A stretch of DNA of 54,718 nucleotides, filler included, from Sphacelaria rigidula (GCA_964200075.2; 4 parts of 4 records of this genome joined end to end with filler, not necessarily neighbours in it), one strand, 5' to 3'. Positions 1-12,510 are shown, numbered from the whole stretch's first letter. Numbers and translations are program-made. Notes: generated from the sequence alone by a model not told the origin.

Positions 1-147
1 AATTGTGTTGAAAAGGTGTATACGCGATTGAGGGGCATTAGGCTGACAAAAACGCCATCGGGCACCATCGCTGATAGCGTGGGAAAAGCACTGTTTTAGG
101 CTTGAACCTCATCTCGGAGTTAAACCTCAATTCGCACAATTTGTTAT

Positions 148-194
148 TTCCTAACAATTCAAACCTCAGAAAATATTTGTGCACCCCTACCGTA
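148..194. mobile_element. Terminus of a MITE family (TIR CGGTAGGGGTGCACAAATATTT, TA flank); other end not identified
   Basis: The reverse complement of 148-195 closely matches 2227-2273 over ~47 nt; TA at 193-194. Confidence 0.65.
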
Positions 195-1515
195 GTATCC
201 CTCGGCAATAAGGGACCGCGATAAAACTTCCATGGGGGGACTTTGGCATCTGATGATATGGTGGGTCCGCCAGAGGAACGTGCGTCTACTATACTAAGTC
301 ATAGTCACCCTTCTTGCGTTGCTTGGTCTTTCTTACGAATGACACTTTGGTGTGTCGTAGAAAAAATGCCATAGTATTGTGCGGGGGAACTTTTGCGACG
401 CACGCGTTTTGACGAGTATGGACTGTTTCACGGCGACAGTGTACGAGGGTACAGAGGCAAGCACGTTTATGGTCAACAAAGGAGATGAATGAGAGAGCAC
501 AGCTGGTGAGAGAGTTCAAGAAGCCAGAGTAAAAAACACGTGGCAACGCCACTGGTCGACTGCAGCGGTATTCTCCATGACTACAGCATGATTATACCAT
601 AGAATTGGCATGCCCCCGCCGGGCTAGCCCCGTACGATGAAATTGCTCACGTGTCATGGTGTTACCATGGTACTGCCGTGAAGGGTGAACCCCGCGGAAC
701 CAATTTCAGTTCCATGATTTATCACGACAGCACTGTTAGTGCATAACACGTCCATGATATTGCCACTCCAGCGCCGTGATCCTCCTTTAAAATAAAATGG
801 CAGTACCACATGACCATCATGGTACTCATCCGCCGTCGCCATGAAGGTTCTGTGTGAGAATTGGGCTACCGTGGGGCCTCCGTGGCAGTACTACGCACCA
901 CTATGGTGGGACCAGCCTTTGTGTCCAATGATGGCATACCTTGCTTTCGACACGGTGCGCGTGTGTTCATGTGAAACAGTCCCCTGCGAAGAAGCTTGAC
1001 GAAGGGTTCGCGCACAAATCTGACCTCCAGGGCGGAAAGCCCAGAAGGAAATCGTGGACATCCTACGACCAGTTGCAAGAGAAATCAGGGGCACTCGTCA
1101 CCAACAAAGGTGTCCTACACGTTTTCGAAGCCGTGACTACAATTCCTTAGAGTTACATGTCGGTCATGAAATATAGATAAGCATATCCTCGAAGCAACAC
1201 TGCAGGCGTCTGTGCTAGCGTTACACTGTGACTCGACTCATGGCATCCCTTCGTCTCTGTGTTCGGCGGCATGAACAGATGTAGGCAGCCGATGTGCCTT
1301 CTGAGAATGATTCGGCAATACGTAGGCATATTGGAAAAAAACTACTGGCTATCGAAGCACTTGCGTTGCCCCCTTCCCTACCTCTGCGATGTATCGCTGT
1401 GGTATCCACAGTTAAGCCGCATCTGTTCAACATCTTCACCGCCCAGTGTTTCATCGCTATATCCGACCTTACTCTCTAAACTGCATTATCGTGTAACCGC
1501 AAACGACTTTTCCAG

Positions 1516-4500
1516 GGAGGCCGGCGACGAAGAGATTCAGGCGCGATGATGAGCAAGTTCCAGTTTAACAAGGAAGCCTTCAGGAGGTGATTCATGTTCC
1601 GACTGTCACACACTATCCGGATATCTGAACGTCAACTAGCTGGGCCAGTTGCAGAGGTTTAGGATCAAATTTCTCCTTGTGATCTCCGTCCCTCTCTACA
1701 TGATGAGAGGCGTCGAGTATTCCTTTGATTTCCTTTTTTGCCTTATGAAAAGGTCGATTCTAACTCTCTACAATTACCTAATGACCGGAGCCTTGCACTT
1801 GCGACATCAACCGAGGACAGGCGTTTGGTGAGGAAAGACACGCCGTGCACTTCTCCAACAATTGTGGTATCCAGCTGTCGCAGCAATAAATAAGAAATAC
1901 TAAATTCTACGAAACGTGGAAAACCGTGTATACCGTCATCGTATCGCAGTTGCCGACATCACAACGCATTGCGGTTTACTTAACCCACACCTATCTGCAT
2001 CTCAGGCACCAAATGAGTCACGAAAGCTGGATACCTATGGATCTACGGATGAAGGTCAGTAGCTAGGAGAGGACTATTGTGCAATATAGTTGCGTGGATT
2101 GTACTCCCGGCTCTATGTACCTTCGGCTGTCCTCCAAATGTTTGCATAATGTGCACTATCAGGATACGCATGATGACCACTGAAATATTCTCTGACATAA
2201 GCAGTTTGCGTCACTTCGGAGTGATGCTACGGTAGGGGTGCACAAATATTTGCCGACGTTAGAATTGTTAGGAGCCCTTGACCTCATGCAAAGCACCACT
2301 TATGAAAATATGTGAAAGTACGTCAGGAGTACTACTCCAATGTGCTGGGGATATCCCGAATGAATCTGCAAACGGGGATGCCCTGACCCATATTCTTGTG
2401 CATCTAGAATCGTTAGGAGCCCCTGAACTGGACAATATTTTGCGAAAGAAGTGTACCCCTACCGTCGCATTGCTCTTCAGCTGTAAACTGTGTGCGCTAA
2501 TGATGGATGATGTGCGTAGCATAAGCGCTACACATGCTACGGCCGCTTAGTGGAGACGCAAAAAAGAAACTGAGTTTATCCAATTCGCTGCATTTATCGC
2601 CTACTGCTTGCGTGTGATGTCCGATGCAATGCCTGGTGAGTATGGACATCGCATCAGCGGTTCAGTGAACCTACGTCAGAATATGCATTTCAACTGATGA
2701 GCTTTGGCATAGTCTCCATCACTCTCGAAAGTTGACAAAACCGTCGTTGTCATTTCCCCGAGTGAGGGGTTGATCAATACACCTCTCGTACAAGGTCTAT
2801 GTTTGTGGTTATGTCGAGTTCGAACTCATCATATGTACATTTAAACGTAGCTAAGTTGGCCCATCGCTTGACACACGACGACGCGAATGCAATCGCAGCG
2901 CACGCAAAGCACTTGGCGTATTGTCAGAAGATCGCTGGCGAACACACCGAGTACTTTCCTTCCGTTTCAACCACAACAAAAAAAGAGGTCGCCTGCCGGG
3001 CCTTGTCGTCGCTGTGATACTGTAGATGATGAGACGAAGCATGGCGGTGATAAAGGAAAACGTGCACGAGAGCGTCAGGCAGGCGCGACTGGTGAGGAAG
3101 GAGCAGAACCGAAGTAGCCGGAGCGAGCTGGAGATCGTCAAGACGCAAGAAAAATTCGGGACGAAGCACCAGCGCCCCTGCGCCCTTTGCGAGCAAAGTT
3201 TCAGCGAGGTCAACTTGGTACTTGCAGTACCGTTCAAGGTAAGCTCTATACTTGCGCATGCATGTCTTTCGTGTACTGTGTTCGGTGTGTATTGGATGGG
3301 TATGCTAACCCCATGGTGGCCATGTCTCTACCCAGTGGAGATGAAACTATGGTGTCTTACTTGGGGGGGCAGATTGACTCGCGGAGGCAGGAATGTCGGT
3401 ATTTCGTCAATCAAGCTCATACATTGCCTCAGAGGTGAAAGCCTTCTAACTTGTGATGGTGGTAGTTGTTTACAGACAGACCAATCAGCTGATATGTAGG
3501 AATACTTTTCACTATTTTCTACCGGGTCTGGCTTTTTGCGCGCCTCCTGTTCGGAGAAGCGGGCGTTGAATGTATCAACGTATCAAAATGGCATGCCTTA
3601 AGCCCGGTATACTGTTTCCCAGAAGAGGTGTTCAGGAGATCGGTACCGACTTTGAATACCAACTAGTTCGAGGGTTGCAGTCGACTTTCGGCTACATGAA
3701 TATCCGTACATCGGTGCACCGTCCGCAGGGGCACCTCCGTGCCGGATTATGTATACAGTGCCTTGCACACCGCGTTGACCATGTACAGTCAGCACCATTA
3801 TTTTTGACAAGTAGGCCGTCATACAGTACTGCCATTTTGTTATTTTGACCTGAAACGCGGCGTGTGCATCCGCGGCGCCTTATTAATCCCCCCCCCCCCC
3901 CGAAATCGAGCGGGTGGCAGGCTATCGTGGACCTACGCTTGGCGTGGCAAAAGACCTTACCACAAGCCAGTGGAAGTACGACCAAATCGAACCGTACGAT
4001 GCTCATGCCACCACAGTGCTACAACGAGGTTAAGGTGAGGAGCTCGCCCTTTTCCCCCCACCTTTCTTGGACCTCCTCACAAGGAAAGATATGCTTGGTG
4101 TGAATTTGACCTGAAACGATTCAAGACTCGGCTTGGTACGAGTACTGAAAACGAATGCTCGCTTCGGTCGAGGCTCATACTCTCGAATCGGAAGGGTATC
4201 GAATTATCTTGTTTGTGGACCCTGGTGTATATCACTTACTGTGGACGGCACATATTGACCCCAGGTTGACCCACAAGTTGATCCTTTTTAACGCTCGTGA
4301 TCTCTCTTGATAGCGTCGCAATCTTGTGCTGTGATGGGAAATTCTTCGTCGCGTGGGCACGCCGTGCGGTGGTATACATTAGTCAGCGCGAAAGCATACA
4401 TTGGTGAATCGGTACCCGTTTTTGGTCGTGTGCCCGTGGCACTACACGCGATCTGTTTTATGACCCTATGACTACCGCCTACGAGTATATTCGCTCCGAA

Positions 4501-6463
4501 TACGATGATAATCTTGAAAAACGTATATTCCTCCATTCCTGCCGGCAGCCTCTCGCGACTTGGTGCTGCTACCATACACCTTTGCTTCAATGATTGGAAA
4601 CTCTACTATATTTTCATGTGAAAACATTTTAGGGTCAGGATTAGTCTCACCCATCACGGTCCCCTCGTACAGCCCCTCGTCTTCTCACCACACAAATGAC
4701 TCCCCCCTCGATTGGCCATCGAAAAATTGTGTGATATCGTGGTTAATGACCTACAGTAACAGCGAAGGCCTTGAAAAGATAATGCGTACCCCCGCCCCCC
4801 CCCCCACCATGTCCATGTGTGTCGGTCAATGGTCAAACGACTAAGGCAAGCAACAAATTAGTTCGCTCCCCCCTCCCCTCGTCATGTCCCGCCGTCTGGT
4901 GTGCCTGCCCAGGTGTGCGCATTCTGCAGCCAACTTTTCCACGATCCTCTGGGATACCGCCCCACATGGGAGATGGAAGCTTCAAGGTGAGCACTACCGT
5001 GCTTCAACACTTCGAGGGGTATATAGAAGCAGGGTAGCTGAACGGCATGAGAGAAGATTGTGCGCGCCTGCGGCCAGACATGAGTATCGAGCCTTCAAAC
5101 GATAGATTCGACTTGGAGCCCGGTCAAAAGTTGAAGCTTCAATTGGAAGGTCAACCATCGACTTGAGGCTTTAACACGAAGGCTTCACCTACAGGTTTAA
5201 GGTTCCAAGGCTCTGTTCTGTGGGGGTATACCGGGTGAAACTCGGAAACAGTATCTACATAAATACAAAAGAGGTATTTTATCGATAAATACCCTTCCGA
5301 ACTATACCGGATTGTTCCGGACAAGGCTCGACACTCTGCCTGACCATGCCGGAATGGTCGATACACATTCCGGTATGGTGTAGTATGTCAGCCCAAAACT
5401 CCGCCCTTACAGGCATACCCTACAGGACACAGCCTTAGAATATTCAACTTTAGCTTGAAGGTTGGTTCTCACATCGAAGTTCTTGGACGAAGGTGGACCT
5501 TCAAGTTAACGGTTCGAGTTCCAGCTTCGAGTTCTACTTTGGACATTCAGGTTGAGTGTCGAGGCTTCAACTTGAGGGGCAGGACGTCAAGCTGAAGCCT
5601 CAGCTTGAACGTTACACCCTCGAGCTCCAACGTGAAGTCCGGCTCGCAAGTCGAGTCTTGAAGGCTCGAAGTGAGGCCCTGATCCTCAAAACAGCTGATC
5701 ATCAAATTTGAGGATGGAGGTTTTATTGAGGATGAGAACCTGGAGAATTGAAATCTTCATCTCCACACCAAATCTTCGGAATATGGTTCCATTCCTTCAC
5801 CTACTGGTAGCTATTGACAACTACTACACGCCATACAAATTTGGTTTTCGATGACCGAAATTGTGGGGTCTTGGGTGAAAAATGGGTTTTGGGGAATTTC
5901 AGCGATCCGATCGGATCACCCCAATTCCCAAAAAATTGTCTCTTCACCTAGGACCCCAGCATTTCGGTAATCGAAATCCAAATTTGTATAGATTGTATTA
6001 GTTGTCAATAATTACCAGTATGTGAAGGAATGAAAGCATACCTCGAATATTTGGCGTGGATACGAAGATTTTAATTCTCCAGGTTCTCATCCTCAATGAA
6101 AAGCTTCATCCTCAATTTCGATGATCGGCTGTTTCAACTTGAACTGTCAACTTTCAACTTGAGCATTCACGCTGAAATCATGACAAAAGTTCCCTCCCCG
6201 GGTAGCTTGTGTAGTACTTTTTATTTGTTCGATTTTGCAAAGAATGTGGCTCGCCTAATTCACAGTGAGCGTCTGCCTGTATTACAACAGTATACCAAGA
6301 TATCCACACGCTCATGTGGAGCAATGAAACTTCTGAGCCACACGATCTTGTTTTTGCACATGGCTGTGCATACTCGTGACCCAACTTCCTTTCCAGTATG
6401 CGCAAGAAAAAAGAGCAGCTCGCGCAAGAGAAAGAGCGCGAGTACTGGGACCCACTTAGAACG
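1516..6463 (+). CDS. Uncharacterised protein with split CxxC...CxxC motif; partial spliced gene, exons 1516-1586, 2006-2054, 3026-3238, 3921-4034, 4913-4986, 6397-6463 (possible upstream exons ~1031-1109 and ~1285-1401; 3' end unresolved)
   Basis: Six exons with AG/GT borders and continuous phase (intron phases 2,0,0,0,2) give GGRRRRDSGAMMSKFQFNKEAFRR-HQMSHESWIPMDLRMK-MMRRS...RPCALCEQSFSEVNLVLAVPFK-AIVDLRLAW...CYNEVK-VCAFCSQLFHDPLGYRPTWEMEAS-SMRKKKEQLAQEKEREYWDPLRT. Confidence 0.8.
2230..2464. mobile_element. MITE with TIR CGGTAGGGGT(G/A)CAC, intronic
   Basis: Left cggtaggggtgcac (2230) and right gtgtacccctaccg (2451-2464) are inverted; TA on the left flank; same family as 148-194. Confidence 0.65.
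5085..5685. repeat. Degenerate satellite of short quasi-palindromes (TTGAAGCTTCAA / TCAACTTGA-like), interrupted at ~5210-5440 and resuming at 6135-6175
   Basis: Recurrent ttgaag, cttcaa, tcgag and caacttga motifs. Confidence 0.55.
5689..6134. mobile_element. Foldback (whole-length inverted repeat) element, ~446 bp
   Basis: Arms pair along the full length (aaacagctgatcatc / gatgatcggctgttt; gaggatgagaacctggagaatt / aattctccaggttctcatcctc; caaatttgg / ccaaatttg) around the central palindrome GATCCGATCGGATC at 5904-5917. Confidence 0.9.
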
Positions 6464-9255
6464 GTGAGTGAGAGTGGACCAAGCCGTGCACCACCACACA
6501 GCCTACTGGGATGAGAGCGTCCGTATTTCGAAGACACGCACGCAGCGGCACACCAGGTAGCAAGTCAGAGAAGAGTTTCTCTTCGCGTGCGCGTACGCGC
6601 CCTCCTCCGACCCCTGAACATGGTGATGCTTTGAGTGTAAATGATCGGGAGGTGCAGTGAGTACATGCGGAACGAAGTGGACAGCAGCCAATCATACGAA
6701 CATGTTCTCGTCCGCTTGTCGCTTCAACTCTCCTCTACCTCGTGCCGCGACTTCACACGAGTTCAGGCCGAAGCTTGGACGGGTGTACCCCCCGTGGAGG
6801 TGGGGCTTTCAGGCACGTCGACACTCGCTGCTGAAGTGGAGTTGTAGCCGGGACAATGCTACAACTGGGAAATCCGTGTGGTACCTTTCAGCAGGCCTTG
6901 TGAAAGCCCTGCTGCGGAAAGCGGGTAACAGGCTGCTCGACACGCCAACATACCGAATGATCTTACGGTAAACCTTCATACAGCAAGTCGAGGAACTTGG
7001 AGTTCATTGCACTGGCCAATCTTCGCCGTCATTGATCTGCGTGGTCTGAGCTACACGGGACTTGAGGGCGACCAGCACGAAGATTGGGTTAGCGTTATTG
7101 CCACGGGAATGACGTCCAACGACGTCCAACAGACTCCAAATATCAGACAGCTGCTCGCTGCCATCTCGTGTAGGTTGAGCACGCCGGCGACGTTTCTTGT
7201 TACGGTGGCAGCTCTTACATTTGGTTTCGCCACGTATTTTGACCTCGCATGGCAGTAAACCTGGCCTACGTTGCTCGCTTAGAGAACATTGCTCCACAGC
7301 AACTTCGCCTGATTTTGTTTTTTCAGTGTCCATAACTTCTCTGGTTGTAGCTGAAATCTTACAAAGAAGGAAAGTATTCCCACCGCACGCCCTTTTATTC
7401 CGGCCAGTGCCGATGTGTACACGAAGATATACCACTCCTCGAACATTTTCGCTCGGTGCGCGCACAAGTTCACCGGACGTCTCTCATCTGCTCGTGCTGC
7501 AAATCACTGAGCAAGGTGCCGCTGTGGCTCATTCTCGCCGCCGGTGAAACTCCGTGGAAGATTATTATAATGCACCCGCTTCAATGTGCTGACCGGCGCA
7601 GAGCGGTACCGATATCGACGTGATACATTCCAGGAGTATTGCATAAGAGGTACGACCTTGAAACCATAGCCTTGAGGAATCACTAGCTGTTTGTATGATG
7701 CCCAGGACATCTTACGAATCCAGGCATTTGGACTGAAAGGGTATCGTTTTGATTCGCTGACCCGAGGATATCAAGCGGTGGATCACCGTTGGAGTTCTCC
7801 TGCTTTCTGCCAAACCATCACGCTTAATTAAACACATCCACCATCAAAGCCCCAAATCATCCATTGCTTTACTGGAAGCTTCGGTGACTGGATCGCATAC
7901 GGGTAACAGCATTGCGGTACAACATTGCCACCTTTTCCCTTGGCGATAGCTCTAGCGCAAATAGTTTTCTCGCTTTGATGCACACGCCAATTCTTCACAC
8001 GTGCAGATGACCTACTTCGTGACATCGAACAGAAAACCAGACAAGGCTCCACAACGACGACCGGCGATCCCCAGAAACTTCTCCGTGACACCGGATACGA
8101 CTCTTCATTTGACACCAAGGTTGCGGGATATACACCGTACGAACAACGTTAACGCTTCGAGACTTGTACTGTAAACCACATTCGACCGGGAGGGTACGCA
8201 AACGTCGCCGTTACGCTAGCCAATACCAATCACCCGAAATAGCATTCATTTAGAAGATAGTCTCTCAATGAAGGCTGCCTTCGCAGGGGCAACGACAGCC
8301 GAAATGCGGTCAGCCACTCGCTTCAAGCGTTCCGGGTCCGAATTAGGGTCGTCCGCTGACGTCGTCTCTCGCACCTGGTTTTCACCGAAAAGATTCGGCA
8401 ACAAATACGTGCGAAGGAAAAGACGTGTGGGGTGGTCGACATGGGACGTGGGAGCCAGCCTGGTGTTAGCGCGCCATAATTGGCGTAAGAGTCTCTCCCC
8501 CCTGGACAAACACGTATGTGGCTTTGCTCGATGGTCAAGAGCCACGAGGGTTTCTTCCATTTCCCTTCGTTGCATAAGTTTCAATCATTGAGCTCTTGTG
8601 CTCGGGACGACAGCTGCAAGTGCAAACGCTGTCGCTTGGCAGGCCTGCCCCCATTGAGACATGATGATCGAGATTGAAAGCTCTAACTCTGAGCGAAGTG
8701 AACACGATCACCTTCCCAAATGGCCCATGCGTAGCACAATTACTTGTTCGCCTATCGGGTGGTGACGGCATGGTGTGGCCTTGGTATTCACCGGAAAATT
8801 TGAAGTGTTAAGGTAGAACTGCCTTGGTGTCACAGATCAAGCGTCCCCTGGCTGGGTGAGTGCACTCAAGAAATGCACTTTGATACTGTTGCACGGTCAA
8901 CAACGTACGAAAAAGTCTGGGCACGCACTAAACTGATGTCATTGTGGACAAGAAGACACAAACGCCGCTAGACCTTTTAGGCCAAATTTCATGGCGACAG
9001 TCCTGCAATGTCACAAATCTGGGGATTTCGGTCTATCTTGAGGCGATTTCTGTCCGCGGATTGAGTGTTCAGACCGGCAGCAGTCTTTTGGTCAATGTTT
9101 CTCGGCTAGCTCGGAGGAGACCAGATCGACGCTTCGATTCTCTGGGCGTTGACATTCGACTTTCCTCCTTGCTGCTCAAACCTGTACAATTCGCACTGTG
9201 TTTACACATAAAAACAGATCTGCGGATCCTAAGCTCAACCTTCAGTAATCAGAGC

Positions 9256-9585
9256 TCATACGATTGCAAATTTATTACCACATAAGTTAGCCTCATCAAA
9301 CACGTCTCGCGAGGCACGCACCTTGGTGAACGTGACGAAGAAATTGTTAGCAGGCATCGCCGTAATGCCCGTAAGCTCCAGCCCCCTCACGTCCGCCAGA
9401 TCGGCAACCCATGCCACGTCACGGATGCCCCACGCACCATCGCTCCGAAGTTTCAAAGACTGGTCGAAGTTGGTGTTGCTTTCAGGAGCCAGCAGCCCAC
9501 TCAACGCAAAGGGCCCGTATAGAAACAGATGGCCACCCATTTTAAGTCCCGCCGAAGCCCCCGACAGAAGACCCGGCGTGCACTC
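9256..9585 (-). CDS. METTL26: METTL26 / DUF938 SAM-dependent methyltransferase-like protein, C-terminal exon (upstream exons not found)
   Basis: After a CAG acceptor: ECTPGLLSGASAGLKMGGHLFLYGPFALSGLLAPESNTNFDQSLKLRSDGAWGIRDVAWV...MPANNFFVTFTK. It matches the DUF938 motifs YGP[FY], SNxxFDxxL, WG[IL]RD and MPANN. Confidence 0.9.
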   Translation of the reverse strand, partial: ECTPGLLSGASAGLKMGGHLFLYGPFALSGLLAPESNTNFDQSLKLRSDGAWGIRDVAWVADLADVRGLELTGITAMPANNFFVTFTKVRASRDVFDEANLCGNKFAIV

Positions 9586-9989
9586 CTGACGCGGCAGAAA
9601 TGGTGTGGATGGGGAAGATGTTCTGTGGGAGAAGGTATTTATCATTCTGGTGGTATATCGGGCTTTACGGGTGGACAACTTTCCTGGATATTCCAATATC
9701 CTGGACGGGTCGATATATTATAGTACATTTTGCTCCTATAATGCGTCGATGGCCTAGCACGTGGGTTATATTCTTACGAACGATGTGTGGGCGAAAGAGG
9801 CGGATCGGCAAAAGTTATGCCGACTTATACATGAGCAATTGCAAGTGTGTACGATATGTTGGTCGTACGATATATTCGGTCCCGCAAAAGTTCGGCATAC
9901 TTCATTCGCACAATCTACTGCTTCGGGAAGTACGTCGACATATGCTGTCTGCATAAAACATCCGTTGCCGAACGGGCGCAATATATAAT

Positions 9990-10397
9990 AAACAACATAT
10001 TCGTGAGGGTAGGAAGGGATATATATATATATTCGGAACAGGAGGTTTTCGTGATTTTCATCAAGACCGTCCAATGGTCCGAAACGGCCGTAATCCCCCT
10101 GAAAGCGCCGTGGTTTGATGGGAATTTTGGTGCAACAAAAATTAAAATCGACGGAATCACTGCAGAGTTATGGAAAAAAATGTGCCCAACAGAAAAAAAG
10201 ATTTTGCACATTTCCGGCCGTATCTCATGGAAGGCGTTACCGACTTTGAATCTAGTTGCGCCGAATTTCGCGTCAGATCACGGGCTTTCAGGGGGGTGAC
10301 GACCGTTTCGAACAATTGGACCGTCTTGGTGTAAATAACAAAAACCTCCCATTCCGAGGAACAAATCCGTTCTCAATCTCACGAACATGTTGTTCAT
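9990..10397. mobile_element. Second foldback element (~400 bp; degenerate pairing may extend to ~9845-10515)
   Basis: 10033-10165 pairs with 10225-10357 (caagaccgtccaatggtccgaaacggccg vs cgaccgtttcgaacaattggaccgtcttg; ccccctgaaagc vs gctttcaggggg). The outer pair is aacaacatattcgtgag / ctcacgaacatgttgtt. Confidence 0.8.
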
Positions 10398-11526
10398 CAC
10401 TGTCCAATGTGATCCACATCCGAAATGGCCACGATGTGTCGCCTGTGCGACATTTCGTGCGTGAAGTGCGTGCAATATACACTGGGCGCACATGGGCGGA
10501 CCAACAGGCACACCGTGTGTCATTGTGGAATATATACCATACACCGACGATATCATGTCGAGGTTACATAGAATTAACATGTGGTGCACTTTCAGATTGA
10601 CTCGTATTCCTTCGAAGTAGTAAGAGCTAACGTGTTGAAGTCAATACGTGTCGCTCAAGTTTTGTGTATGGGTGCATGTGCTGTTTTGCACACGACCTCT
10701 TTTGTGTTCACCTAAAGCCATGCTACAGGGGCCGGCCATTTACGTTGTGTTCCGTTATTTATTTAGTGTTTTTCGGGACCGTGTTTCTCGATTTCTCCTC
10801 CTTTGCTTTGCTTTGCTTTGTTTTCCTTTCCTTTTTCTGCTTGGTGGAGGTTTGCTCTTGCTCTTGCTTGTGCTTGTGTTATTTTGTTGTTGTCCAATTT
10901 ATTCCGTACGCTCTACTTTCTTGTTTTCTCCACTTCTATCTTTTTGGAAAGAATTTTCCGTTCTGCTCACCTTGGGTACATCTATCTCTTGTGGATCATG
11001 ACCACAGCTGGCTCCCTTGGGTGATCAGTTAATGTGTGGCAGCCATTCTCTTTGAAACCAAGTGGAACTATGGCAAGATCTTGATCCCTCCTAGAGATCT
11101 GAAAAATGTGGCATGAAACCTCTGGTGGTGGATACCTTATCATATACAGGGCAAACGAACTGCTCTTTCAGTTGCAGATATCTCTATTCTGCGAGCACAG
11201 TACATGCTCCCAACACTGCCACACGCGTTTGCTGCATGGTGTGATGAGCACTGCACCACACATAGCCGGCAGTACTTCTCGCCCACCGAGTCGTTGTTTC
11301 CCAAGTCGTAGCCATGGGACCTGCCTCTACTTAGGCAACAGCTGTCGATTGTTCTCAAAGTCACGTGTGTTAACTAGATGGTGTGATTTGATCTGCTGAA
11401 ACACGGGCCAACTATGAACATGCAAGCCTCAACTCTTGACGAATATCCTACATGGACGGAGGTGTGAATGGGCGCATAAACCCGAGATAGGTGCACAGGC
11501 GCAACGCTGATACTCCCAACGGAATA

Positions 11527-12158
11527 CTTCCTCTGTCACATAAGTTAGGACCGAATTTCGGCGCAGATCGTATTTTTTCAACGGAGGCGCCTACGATGCT
11601 ATAATTAGTTTCATCGGAAAGATATTTTTTACAGCTAACTGATGAAAAAAAAAAAAATGATTTGCGATTTTATTACATCTTAAAGTATGGGCCAAAAAGT
11701 CCCCAAAATTGGCCAATTTCGGCTACATTTCGAGAATGTTTTTGAGAACGTTTTTGAGAATTTAGTGTAGAGCACACCGGGGTATACGCGCGGCAGAGGG
11801 TGGGAACGTTGGAAAGGACAGTCAAGTACGACAAGTAGGCCTTCACAAAGGCTTGGGACTATCTGGCATCAAGCACGAGTGATGGAGAGGATGATTAACG
11901 ATTTATTTTTTTCCCATGTTTTTTTCCTTTTTCGGCACTTTTTTGTTCGTGGAAAAGGGGTAAAAAACGGCCTTTTTTGGGCCGACTTCTGTTTTTCTGG
12001 CCGCTACTCCACCTGGAGTGATGCGAATTGAAAAACAAACAAACATTGTATTTAACTAAAAAAACGCCAAGGAATTCAATAAAAGAAACGAAAACAGCAT
12101 TGGAGACCGTCGAGGACGTCTGTGAAAAATTTGGTCCTAACTTATGTGACAGAGGAAG
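11527..12158. mobile_element. Stowaway/Tc1-mariner-like MITE, 632 bp, TA target-site duplication
   Basis: Perfect 26-bp TIR CTTCCTCTGTCACATAAGTTAGGACC at 11527-11552 and 12133-12158; TA at 11525-11526 and 12159-12160; no coding capacity seen. Confidence 0.92.
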
Positions 12159-12231
12159 TATATGACACTGCAGTACAGCATTATCACCACGTTACCACCC
12201 TTAAAATCCGCATGCATACGCGTTTTTAAAT

Positions 12232-12510
12232 TGAGGATAACGCCTCCCAGGCAACATGTGAGTATGGAGTATAACACACCCACGAGAATATCACCCCCTC
12301 ACACTCATACGTGCGTGCATTCGATATTCCGAGGATAACACCCTCACACAACTCGTGACTACGGAGGATAACACCCCTAGGCAGTCTTTTACTTCGGAGT
12401 ACAACACCCTCAGGAATATTTCTAACTCCGTACGTGCCCTTGCTTTCTATACGGAAGATAACACCCACCAAGGAAATGGAAAGTTCGACAACACCCGCCC
12501 GGATAACTTC
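12232..12510 (+). repeat. Array of ~8 degenerate copies of CGGAGGATAACACCC(T)C with variable spacers
   Basis: Copies near 12233, 12266, 12284, 12329, 12361, 12394, 12451 and 12486; the central copies are ~32-33 nt apart. Confidence 0.7.

Noticed and set aside
7773..7786. 5.8S rRNA-like word AGCGGTGGATCAC
   Set aside because: Only ~13 nt match, with no continuation.
10403..10425. SNVIHI peptide resembling the missing METTL26 motif
   Set aside because: It is on the wrong strand and inside a repeat element.
10648..11032. Hydrophobic membrane-protein ORFs
   Set aside because: They are a by-product of T-rich simple repeats and are open in all three frames.
12232..12510. CRISPR array
   Set aside because: Repeats are ~15 nt and degenerate with irregular spacing, there are no cas genes, and the context is eukaryotic.
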